Assembly (NCBI RefSeq): GCF_964204865.1 | Contig: NC_135252.1 | Span: 3,348,001-3,412,000 of the forward strand | Reading direction: 5' to 3' | Length of the DNA: 64,000 nt | Source: Styela clava | Lineage: Eukaryota | Part shown: positions 27,601 through 39,900 of the stretch, piece after piece | Layout: each line of letters starts with the position of its first letter | How positions within the stretch are numbered: position 1 is the first letter of the stretch | The notes under the pieces: model-generated | Database searches by the model: none | What the model saw: only the letters and a program-made list of their open reading frames with translations | Told to the model about the DNA's origin: nothing | Made by a program: the position numbers and the translations under genes

Positions 27601-29624
27601 TTTATTTTAGGAAAAAGCGTAATGACTAAAATAGCTGTTTACGAAACTAATTTTGCAGCAAAAATTTGCAATTTGACGAATTTAAACAGACAGTCATCAA
27701 ATATATATCAAAATAGAAACATAAAACGACGAATTTTGACAGCGATCTTCGTAAAATTAATATCCCTCCCGGATATGAATATTTATTTATGTTTCCGTAT
27801 AAATGCCAATCATTTAAATGAACTTATTCAATAAAACAGAAAAGCAACGGCAAATCTGATTCTATAATAAATACACCGTCGATTGCACACAGCGATCAAC
27901 GTACGTAACTAAAATGAGAAAAATGCGTGTTGGTTTGGAAAATATACGTGAAATGACGTACAGTCGCCCAAAAATTATATGACGAAACGGTAATAAATCT
28001 CATCGTTTCGGGGGGAATTAATTTTTACCTATACACCACTCCAAGTTTTGCAAGCTTTGCAAAATTTCGATCCCCGCCTCAAAATAATTAAATCGATGCA
28101 AGCTGAACACGCTAATTCAACATCCCTCACCACTCCCAGTTAAAAATATTCTCGGGCAATGATCAAGCTTTGAGCAAACATAGAAAACTATAATACATGG
28201 GAGAAAATCTAATACATTTGCTGCTAATTTCTAGTTTCTCATGCGGGTGATATTTGGGATAGGCCCCGGGCGCGATTGTGGTTCGCCATGGATTTTGAGA
28301 TCAGCCAGGTGGTCTATTTTGCAGAGCAAACAAAGATGTTTTCAGATAACTTTAAAGACGGGGCAAAGGGACGTGATCTAACCCTGTTCGTGGCAGATTA
28401 TTAACGACCGCTTATATATATCGAGTAAAATGCATGATACGGGTTAGCATAGCGGAGTCGGATTAGTCGCGATTGACAGAGTGAAATGTTTGTGCGATTC
28501 AGAAAAATTTATTTTCCCTTCGAAATTTTGGAATAAGAAACAAATGACGCGAAACCTATTGTTATTACAAAGTTGAAAAATATTTGTTAAAAAATTGACA
28601 TGACATATAAAATCTGGCTGTTATGTTCGATGCAAGCTGACATGTGTCAACCTGGCCAGAATCGAGAATTATCCCCAAATGACAACAAATTTGAGCAATT
28701 TTTTACAATATGTGTCATGAGACCGTACTAAACGTTGTCAATGCCGCGATGCTAATGTTAAATCTCATTGGAGGATTGTCATGATTTAGGGCTTAAAGGC
28801 GCTGCCCACCACTCACCCGTGTCTTACCGCGAATGGTTGCAGTCTTATCTGGAAATTGGGGGCGATCATTTCGGTCCGTCGGTCATTATGACAACACGAT
28901 AACCACGAAAAAGTGATTTCATTGAAAACGATCCGCACGCAATTCTTCGTCTAAATTTTACATGAAATTCATTGATTTGAATAAATAACATACAAACCTA
29001 AAATATATGATTTTCTTTGTTGTTAAAAACGTTTTTACAACTTTTGAATATTAAATTTTTATTTTTTTTTCAGATGTCGTAAGGCTTGAATCAATAGCGG
29101 CAGGTGTTCTTGCAATATACGGCACTAAAAGTCAAAGATATCTTGCAATGAATCGCAAAGGAAACTTATACGGTTCGGTAAGTAGATCACTATCCGATTT
29201 TATATTCATATACAACATATTGCCAATGAATCGCCTCTTTAGACAATACAAATAAAAAACAAATCCAAATATATCGGAAAATGAATATAAGGAATAGCTG
29301 GAAGTTCGCTCTTGGAAAACCTAAGATTTAAGACCTTATTTTATATCTAAATCAATGTTTTCTAATCTTGATTCTTCTTTTCTTCAACAGAAAACATTCA
29401 CGGACGAGTGCAAATTTTATGAAAAAATGGAGAGCGGTCTTTACTTCACATACGAAGCAGTGCCGACATCGGCAAAAAGGCGTAAAAGGAAAAGATCACG
29501 TGTTGTTGGGTTCGATAAGAATGGAAAAGCTAAGAAAGGTCACAGAATGAAAGCCAGCAACAAAGGAGCCCTTTTTACGAAACTTGTGGTGCCAACAAAA
29601 AGAAAGAACAGAAGACGAGGATAA
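24640..29624 (+). CDS. FGF: Fibroblast growth factor, FGF3/7/10/22-like, 3 coding exons, 412 aa
   Basis: Exons 24640-25540 (donor TACA|gtgagt, phase 1), 29074-29177 (104 nt, the canonical FGF middle-exon size; tttcag|, |gtaagt) and 29391-29624 (caacag|, ends in TAA). The spliced core QRLYARNSYFLEILKNGKVRGTLNQNSSY-NVVRLESIAAGVLAIYGTKSQRYLAMNRKGNLYGS-KTFTDECKFYEKMESGLYFTY is a typical FGF beta-trefoil. By eye it is closest to FGF10/7/22 (YFLKIEKNGKVSGT; YLAMNKKGKLYGS). The start is the first in-frame ATG after the acceptor at 24516. Confidence 0.95.
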
Positions 29625-30704
29625 TTCTAATAAAGAATCAAGCACCCCGCCATCCCGTCAACTTAACTTTCCCAGTCCATTGCGAAAATATACATTTTTA
29701 TAGAATATGAAGAAACGATTTTGCGGTACTTTTGCGAGTATGAAACAAGGATTTCGGTATTGCAGCTTGGTGCATCGGAAGTTACATTTATCCGCACACA
29801 TATGGCATTCAACTGACTAAGATGTCATTTTCAAGACTCAACAAACGACCAAATTGTCGAATTTGATACATAACGTTGGGACGACCACTACAACACATAT
29901 TGAAACGCTCACATAATATTATGCTAAGTGTTTTAATCATCGTACACTATACACAGTAAGCTGAAGTAAGCATACTATAGTAAGCGTTTGCTCACTAAAA
30001 TGTAATATTAAAACTTGAATTCGCACAACTAATAAATGACCATACAACGAGTCTATTACGACTCAGCGAATGCAACGCTGCCTAGCATTATAATATCAAA
30101 AACGACGACGTATATGGTCGTAAATTCGTTTAATTTTTCGTCACATTTGTGGAATTTTTTATGTGTCTGGTTTAGTTTATGAATTGCTCTGATTTAGATA
30201 AAAGAATTACGCGCGAGGTGGCTCCATAAGTAATTTAAATTGAAGTATTTTAATAATTATTACGCCATCATTATATTATAAATAAATTTCTTTATGATCC
30301 TGAATAATAACTAGTAAGCGGGTTAACGTCACTCGCCAACCGCTTTTCGTACAAGCTACCAACGATTTACGCTCGTTATAATTAGTAAATTGTTCAATAA
30401 TTAGTAAAGTACAAAAATACCCCGTTTAATTAATTCGATAAAGCGAAAACAATGAAAAAGATTTTAATTTCTCTTGCGCAAAATAAACGACCACAACGTT
30501 CACCATTTTCAACTTCGTCACTATTCACTGTAAATGTGACGCATTGTAGTGCTCGTAGAAACTAATCCTGCTTAGCAATAACATTAGCATTGCTTTATTT
30601 ATGTAGATTAGTGCCATAACAACGCTTGGAGTTTCACTTACGTGGTAAGATGTCTGAAGTTTTACGTTACAGTTATGACAAATCGAAAATTTAAATAGAA
30701 GCCC

Positions 30705-30808
30705 GCTAAAAATTGCATTATGGGAACATAAGTGCTAAATTGCATTATGGGAACATAGTGCTAAATTGCATTGTGGGAACTTAGTGCTAAATTGCATTAT
30801 GGGAACAT
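30705..30808. repeat. 26-bp minisatellite, about 4 copies (AAATTGCATTATGGGAACATAGTGCT)
   Basis: Units start at 30710, 30737, 30763 and 30789, with 1-2 differences each and no spacers. Confidence 0.9.
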
Positions 30809-33800
30809 TGCGATATCTCCTGTTTGAGTATACCACAGCACAACCAAAGTTATTAATTCATTAACATCGTATGATAATTTATTTTAGCCACTGGTGAATA
30901 ACTCTGAATATATCTTTCTTTTGCTTTTTCATATTTATCTGTCACAACTTCGGTAGAACATTATTTATACTATTTGCACTACATTCTTCAATTTTTTGTT
31001 TGTTTTTTATTTGTTTCATTTATTATAAATTATTTTAAATAAATCTCATTTAATATATACAATTTGTTTCATTGCATTTGCTATGAGAACGATACCGCAA
31101 TGACAGATAGGAAATTTCTCGTTTTGGTTGTTTATCCCGTGGGATCAGGAGAAGAGTATAGTAAGCGACTCGTGACTCGCTGGCATACTCATTGCGTTAG
31201 TCAAATAGATATTCTGTCAGAACGGCTTTATAGCGAAAACCAAGGGTTCTCTAGAATAGATGGGATTCACGAGACAATTTTCAGGATATTTGGACGGAAG
31301 TTCATTTTTCATGTATTGCTGTTTTTTTTAAATTTTCTATTTATACTAGAGAAAAACGTGCCGATTTAGAAGGATATAACATTGTGTTGAGTATTTGCAA
31401 CAATGTGAAAATAACAATTTGCCAACTAGAGAATGTACACGAATTACTACTCTACAGAACCGCTGGGGATCTGATTTGGAATTACAGAACCAACTCCGAA
31501 GTTTCAATTTTTTTTACGTCGGAGTTGGGCTCTAGCTCCAACAAAAGTTACGGCTCCATGGCTCCACGCTTCGGCTCCCCGGACAGTGCATACGACTCGA
31601 TTTGGCGTCAATTTGCTTCATAAACCGCGTACACTTAACGGAGACACAGTTGAGAATCCCTACAAACGTCATCTACTGATAATGAATATCAGAATATATT
31701 ACTGTGATGCACTTCAAAACAAAATGTTTACAATTATCGCTAAACGTCAGATAAATGATGCTGATCTTGGTTCGACAGCATGTCATTGCATCACGGGAGA
31801 TCTTATATTTGTGTGGTCCGTACAACGATATTATCTAAAGAGTATTTTGACAAGAGAAAGCGTTTATCGATTTTATAAGAAAAGATAAAAATATTCACAA
31901 AATATTTGAAAAATTTGTCACGAAAGAATGTTATGAATAAACAGCTACATACAGAATTATACAAATTTTGATTATGTTGGGTTGAGTTTTCAACAACATC
32001 GGTTTCGACAAGTTTGATTGGGATTTTCGAAACAGGTAGTTTCGAGCAGTCTAAGTATAATTATTTATATAACGGGTTGCGTTATATAATAGAGCCTACT
32101 CGTATCTTATCTGCATTATACGCTAAATTTAATGAATGGATGAATATATTGAAGTCAACGGACCTCCTCTGTATAGGACCATATGGGACGCCGTTTTTGT
32201 GACAATGATAAAATGTAAGAAGACTTTTTGCGATAGAAAAACATAAACTTCGTCACAGGTATGCCATCGGAAATGTATTTTCCTGTAAGAAATATTATTG
32301 CGTGCAGTGCTGCGGAAAAATATGCCAGTAATTATCATTTTTATGTTTCCGCATACTCAGACAGGATATCGCAAAGACGACTATCATAACCAAATCTTTC
32401 GTACAGACATGCTGTTGAAAAATAGAAAAAAGTAATATTAAATATAATGGAAATTAACTGTAATACTAAGGCGAAATATTATTTTTTTATCTGAAGTCTT
32501 ACATGACTCAGTGATATTTTATATATGGCCATTCTAGATTAGAAATTAATTTTAAATATGGAACAGAAGGTGGGCGTAAAGATGGATCACTGGCGTTAAT
32601 TTGAAGTTAATTTTTTTATTTTTCACATAGTGCATATCTTGATTTACCATGAAGGATTTATCGGTCAAAAATAGGGAATCATCGAAATAATTAAGCGCAA
32701 TTACTAAATTAAATCGTTATCGGTGCGAAATTTGACGCGCCATGTAAAAAACGCGGAAACCTTTACTTTCGTACTTCGCTTTGTGTGGCTTTACCCTAGT
32801 AAAAGTAAATACCATTATTTTCGTTATTAAAAACCTTATGGAAATTCAGAAAAAAATACCAAAATTTACCAGTAAATTAACAACTCAAAATCCTAGTTAC
32901 TGTTTCTGCTTTATTAGACAGTACGTGATTAATAATATATATAAAAACAGAGATTTACGCCCAAAGTTTTCTGACAAATTGATTTGAAACACAGCATGAT
33001 ATTAGTGAATACATTATCGTTTATAGCAGTATATTATAAAGCTTAGTTAATTAGTTATAATTCTTTGAACTTGAACGTTTCATGAATCCGTAATTTGAAA
33101 ATGTTTTAGTTATTTTCGTCACATGTACAATATTTTACGTGAAAATGTACAAATCGCGTGACATGAAATAAAAGATTGCGGTTATGTTTTCGGCGAAGAA
33201 TAAAAAGGCTTTTATATCACTATTATTGTAATTCGAAAATTACGACCAACTTGAAAGTATTAAAATTTTAATATAGGAATACTCGAAAATTAGGATCCAA
33301 TTGAAAACTCAATTAAATTTTAGAAACGATAGTTATGAATTTGATACAAAAACATAACAATTTCCTTTATAGAGTTCAAATAGTTTATTCATACATCAAT
33401 TAAATTGAATAATCAACATTGTACATGGTGTTGTGATCTAGCTAGACTAGACAAGAGAACTGGGGAAAACGAACATTATAGGATCCGGGGAGAATTTCGT
33501 TTGTTGTAACAGTTTTCTATATGCTTGTTTTTTGTGTTGACAAATAAAAGATTGATTGATTGATTATAATTTTCTATACTTGCTTTTTATTTTTACCCCG
33601 CATTGCTAACTTCGTTAGTTCCCCTACGTCCCAACCTCAAAAAATTTAATATCGTATCGAACCGAAACCGGCCTATTGTCCACAAGCCTATAGTGCATGA
33701 ATGCCGTAACAACAATACAGATCACTTTTATGAGTAATTCAAACATCTTGCTGCAGCGTTTCGTCTCAGTAATATTATTGACAATATGAACATTCTAACG

Positions 33801-34068
33801 CGATGTTCTCCTCCAATAATCCATCCGTATTGACTAGGTCTATTCGGATAACTATCGACATTCGATGCCCATTCGTACTGCCCGCTCGATGCTTGTAGCA
33901 AACTGGAATCATTTTTTATTGTGAAATCAATATAAGATCGAAAGTAAAATCTAATAGAATTTGAAAATACATATTAGACAATTTCAATATCCTGATGGCT
34001 TATTTATCAGTGGAAGCAATGCCTACTTGTGGTGATATTTTTTATGACAGGTTCTGTGTAGGTTATTT

Positions 34069-34314
34069 GGCGCTCCAGAAGTGTGTGTACAAATATTGAA
34101 TTTGAAGTAATTAACTTTGTTCGCCTATTTTACATCAAGTTGTGTAAAGGGACTGAAGCTTATGTGCAGGGGGTTTATTCACTTGGCTAACACAGACAGT
34201 CCCCGAACTCGCAATAGAACTAAAATATTCTCAGTTTAACTGGGAAGCATGAGGAAAATCTGAATAAAATTATGGTCTAAAAACCTAACCTGGTACATAT
34301 ACAGCGGGAGTACC
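34069..34314 (+). mobile_element. Merlin-like MITE, family A copy
   Basis: Imperfect TIRs of about 24 bp (ggcgctccagaagtgtgtgtaca / tggtacatatacagcgggagtacc); 8-bp TSD ggttattt/gattattt. Confidence 0.85.
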
Positions 34315-36999
34315 GATTATTTTTTTTATAACTTTATGCGACACTTTGACATATAAGCAAAAAAAGCAAACACACATACGCCACTGTGTTGATACTACTT
34401 TATATGCATATAATTTAGATAATTGTCGAGCGATTGAAATGGGAACAAAACCGCGTAATTCAATAACAGCCAAATGCAAGTTACAGTGAATCATTTTGCT
34501 TAGCATTTCCGTCGATATGCTCGTTTCATCACTAAATTCCATCAAATAAATGATACAGTTTCAGTGGTGATCAAGATTGAAGAAATCTTGATAACAATAT
34601 TGTTTATTTACACTTGATGTTAGACGAGACATATTTTTCGTCACAACATCAACTAACGTCACTCTGATGAGAAATGAAACAAGTGATCGGTATCAAACCT
34701 TCGTAATATATAATTAACTGTCATGAGTGTGCCTTGCAGTTGATATCAATTTTGTAAAAAAAATGTAAAAATTAATGAGATTTCACGGTTGGTATAACTG
34801 TCAACATATAATAATAAATAAAAATAATTCGAGTAGCGAAAGAGCGTTCATTTCAAGAGCGGTTTACCTAAGCCCTTGGGTTATTTAATGTATTCCATTT
34901 ACTACTTGCAAAACGAGACGCAATTTACGTTTGAGAATGGAAACTTTAATATGCCCGATTTTAAAAAAATTTTCGGATAGCATAAAGCTATCGGTGATCG
35001 TATATAGAAAACGTTTTTGAATATATTCCATTTCCTTATCACCAGAATATTCTGTCTCTAATGTACAGTGGCTTTTAACAATTCACTGTAGCGTAATGTA
35101 GAGCATGTTTTTTTTACAATAAGTCAACACCGATTCTTCCAATTTAATGGAAAATAAAATTATCGATCATTTTGCTGAATTGTTGTTCTTGATGTTGACT
35201 CGACATTTCGTTTTCGAATTTTTTACATAAGGCCCATAAACGTTTTATTATTCTGTTTGGTCTATCTTAGACGGATATTTTTGCCCCTATCTTTTTCAAA
35301 AATTTCTTGTTCTCGTTGACAACAAATGGGTTAAGTATGGAGGTGATTTTCAGGCTTTTGTGTCTATATATTTGTGTATTCTTGTTTGCTGTGAACATAA
35401 CGGGTGCCTCCCAAACTTAAATATGCATATGCTAGTAAAAATGCTTCGAGTTCATACATTCAACGTTCAAACAAAGAATCAAGCAAATAGCACTCTGTTT
35501 ATTTCAAAATAATAAGTCATGGTGAATATTAGCAGGTAGAGAGAAACATTTGCTCGTGGCATCCAGAGAATCGTCCCGTGCCCCCAATCTCCAAGGAAAG
35601 TGAGGAGTTCTAGACCTAGACACGCTATTGAAGATCAAGTTTCAACTTAAAAAATGGGATAAGCGAAATAATGTTAAAAACGATGCTTTCGAAATTGTAG
35701 CACAAAAATATGCAGATGACGTTATTTTGAACTCAACAGTTCATTTTCCAATCACAATCTGAGGTTTCATTCATTGATTATAAAATGTAAAAATAAAGGT
35801 ATGGAAGAGGCTTGGTTTCCCGAACGTCATAAAATAACTGTTCTATCAATGAAAACATTCATATATTCAGAAAGAACATTCTCCATAACCAATGTTATCA
35901 TGTAGCGACACTTTTCTTCCACGGTTAATTAATTCAATAAACCTCGTAAGCATAAAATTAACCAACTACTAATACGACCACAAAAATTGCCACATTATGT
36001 TGTCATATAAACGATTTTTCAGGTGAATGCCACAAGCCTAACACGCAGAATATAAGTGGTATGTACTGTGTGAGATGTAGGTTTCCACACCTCCTTTCAA
36101 CTCCTATGCCATTTTTAATGTTTTTCTTCTGCACGTACAATGTGTATTTTCAGTAAGTTACAAAATGAACTACTAATCTTGATTCATACGAATGAATATC
36201 AGTGACACACCACTGCTTATTTGTAAATCTTAATTTGTTGCACATTTATGCATAAGCAAAGTGCATTTCAGCGAAATACAATAGATTTTGGTACAATAGG
36301 TGTTGGAAATGAATGAGAAATGCAAAAAAGGAGATTTATCACGTTAGAAAAGAGTCACACGAATCAGGAAAAGTGTGCACCAGCCACTGTGCTAAAAGTT
36401 CTTTAGTTGTAACTCTGCCGATATTTTTGTTTTCGCTGCGTTTACCTGATTATAGGCAGAACTATTACCAAATCTATAACAAACACCCATGGGGTCAAAC
36501 TATTCGCTTCCTCTCTGTTAGTGTTAAATTTTACTAAACACCAATGGGAATTGTATGCACACAGATCCTTATATGAATCGAATCTTCTACCATCTGAAAT
36601 TATCAGTCGACCTCGAATTCATTAGACCTAACTGATCGCCTCAATGGTGTTTGGAATGCACGTTTTGACAAGATTTTACAAGTGAAATTATTTACAACGA
36701 CTTCACCTCATATAAAATCACCATCCATGATAAAAGACATTATTGGTAGCTTTCTGTTGTCATTTTTTCAATTTTGAAAATTTTTACTATTAAACCATGA
36801 TATTTGTTTTCATAACAATGTGTATGATGATAAACGGTTTCAACTATCATGTTATTTATCTTGATTAAAATCGATATAAAAATATCGAAACCAGTTTTCA
36901 CTGTTTTCGTGGTGATATGATTCATCGAATCTGATGAAATATTGAATTTCCCAGCGAAAACACATTTTAAAAAACCTTAATTACTTAATTAGGACTCAC

Positions 37000-39900
37000 G
37001 ATCACGAATGTAATCTGCGGCTTTTCGTGCGCTGTGTGCTTTTTCTACGTCAGTTCTCGGTAAAGTTTCAGTTTTACCTATAGTTGGGGGAGAACAAATT
37101 TTATCCCACGGCCATCGTTTCCATTCATGCAGAGGTGGCTTAACACCTGCAAAGTGGAAGTATTATAGTTTTATATAAGGGAAAGCAGTGGCTGTTGCAT
37201 TTATTTGTACAATAACTAGTATACTAATTTGGGGGCTTAGAATAATACTTTATTTCGTGGAGTTCCGTAACAGTCTCAAAAAAAAATGTCTTACTGATCA
37301 TGCAATATCCAATAAGTTAATGAGGTCAGTAATTGAAAATTATGTCATATATATAATGTTCATTATATTACTTAATAATCGATTTCTATTTCCTAATTTT
37401 ATAAAAATTCAAATCTTAAGCCTCGCTCACTTTACGACGCTTCAAAATAGATGATTTCATAGCAGTGAAAAAATTTAGCAGTGTGAAAAAATATTACTAA
37501 CATTTTGGGACGTGAATGGTAACTTCTGCTTGAGTCAGGTTTTGGTCACAATCAGGTTACATCAACGTTTCGGAATCAATATATTTAATTTAATGTGAAA
37601 AACTAGATATCTTAAATCTTTTTTTTATCTTTTATCTTTTTTTTTAACTGTGTGGTAAACGGAATGAAAAGAATGTTGGGAGTTTCAATTAACTTGATAT
37701 TCATAAAATATATGAACAATTTAGAAAATTTACCACTTTGTAAATTGAAATCAATAACTTAAATGTCCTAAATGATTTAGTACAATTAGGGTTATCAGAT
37801 TATTATCAGGCATCAGATTTGCAGATGTTTACAGAGTGTATTGGCGAGTAACTAACCGCTCATCCATTCAGAAATTGTCCCGTATACTTCAGTTACAAAT
37901 TCCTCTGCTAATCTGTCGTGTGATTCTGGAAATGCTTCGCGAAATGTCAAGTACACGCATTGGGAAAAGCATCGCGGGTAAACCTAGGAAAAGTGACGAT
38001 CGTTTTCAAAAAATATTTGCCCTCTGCTGCACTCTCACGGTGTCGAAGTAATATTGTTTCACTATAATGGAGTGAAAAATTTTCCTGGGACTAAACTAAA
38101 AGATAAGATTTTCATAGTTATCCCGAGGGAGAAGAAAAGCCGATAAGACGGTTTGATCATAGGACATACCAATGGCTCTCGTCCGGTTACCAGTCCCAGT
38201 CGGTTATGAGATTAGTTGGCCAGTTATTTGTTTCAGGTGCATGGACTTGATGGTGAAGGAAGCCGTATCCGACCAGCGATTACGTGAACCACCCTACGGC
38301 ACGGAGAAGTCCAGCAATCCTCACGCACATAATTACCACCCACGGCATTCGAACCTGTGTACCGGCGCAGAGAATTCAGAATTGCGATAGCATGCCCAAT
38401 CCTAACGTTATCACGATGCATAACCCACTGCGCGAGAAAAAGAGATTGAACACTCGCTTAAACATGTATATAGATGACACATGCATTTCTATCTAGAATG
38501 CACATACAAGAAATAGCGAGTTGAGAAATTCCATCCACCAGAAGTCAGGAATTGAGTCCGAGTCGTTGTGACTCGGAGTGTGTAATCGGGTGTTAATTTT
38601 CTCCTATTTCACAGCTCTGCATCAAACAATATAACATATTGGGTCACATGGTATAAAAGTCTGAAACAAAAAGCAAACCTGGAGAACTTTGTCCCGAACA
38701 TCCAAGTTAACACTCATAAATAACGCAACATAACTATCCGCAATTCTAGTGAAAAGATTATCTTGTGCAGTTGGATCGTGCTGGAAAAGAATAATAATCA
38801 ATCTGATTGGCGCTCACAGCAAAAATTTGGTTTTGAAAAATAATACTAAATGTGATGATGTCTCAAAATCAGGGCTTTGGAGTTTAGCGTTTTATTTTTG
38901 GTTAGACGTCAAAGCTAACATCTTTCCAGTGCAAAAAATTCAGCAACTAGGCGTTTTTTTATGGCTTTGATTAGATTAACCTATTTAGAGTTCTATTATA
39001 GTAGAATGTTAAAAGGGAACATTTTTAAAGCAAAAAGTTCTCTTACTTCGAAATTTTCAAGGAAAAACCACCAAAATGAATCCTGAAGCAGGGCAACTGA
39101 AGCTTCAGACAAAAAAATCTTCTTCCACAATTGACTGAAACCTCTCTGAAAAAAAATGATTCACTTATTATCATAAAATGGTAAATATAAATCACTTCGA
39201 ATAAAAACAACTCTATGAAACCACTCACATTAAAATCTTGTGCCTCTGTAATCTTATTTAGCATCTGTGGAGCTTCAAGTTGACTTGGTAATTCCGTTAG
39301 TTCGTTAAGTCGAAATCCAGGAAAGGTTGCATACTGTAATGTATTGTAAAAAACAAGAGTGCAAATTTTAATTAGATAATTTAACTATTATCATACAATT
39401 TAAGTATTCAACATAAGGAATTTCTATTTAATAAATGTATCATTGAAACTAAAAATGAAGCTTTGGTAAATACCAGTAAATCAATTGTATTTGATATGAC
39501 GGTAATACTAATTGACTGGAACAGTTCGAGAAAAAGAAAAAAAGATTTTTTTTGTACGAGGTGTTTTCTCATATTCACTATGAACAAGGATCTTTATAAG
39601 CAGCCACTCATTCATGAGGAGCTACTTTCATGGAAATACTGGAATCTTGCCGCCTACCCCAATTTTTACACCCTGAATGAGGGCTGTAACTTAAGACTTG
39701 TCACTTGCAATATCAAGATGGCAAAATGGGGGAAAATGGAATTCACTTTTCCCAACGAAAATTAAAGCTCTGTATTTTAAGTTTTCAAGTGAAAAAGAGC
39801 ATTAATTATAAATTTACATCAATATTTTTGCTCCTAGATGCCTGCATAGCTTCAACCATTGTTTCCTTTGCATCTTTCTTTTTCTTTTTTCTACTATGAT

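Noticed and set aside
30705-30808. CRISPR array
   Set aside because: Head-to-tail repeats without spacers, in eukaryotic DNA, with no cas genes.
36446-36593. Open minus-strand segment with AG/GT ends as the next FAM227B exon
   Set aside because: It has a phase-1 start, but the peptide (HGRRFDSYKDLC...VIVLPII) lacks FAM227 C-terminal motifs and has no stop. It cannot be excluded without RNA data.
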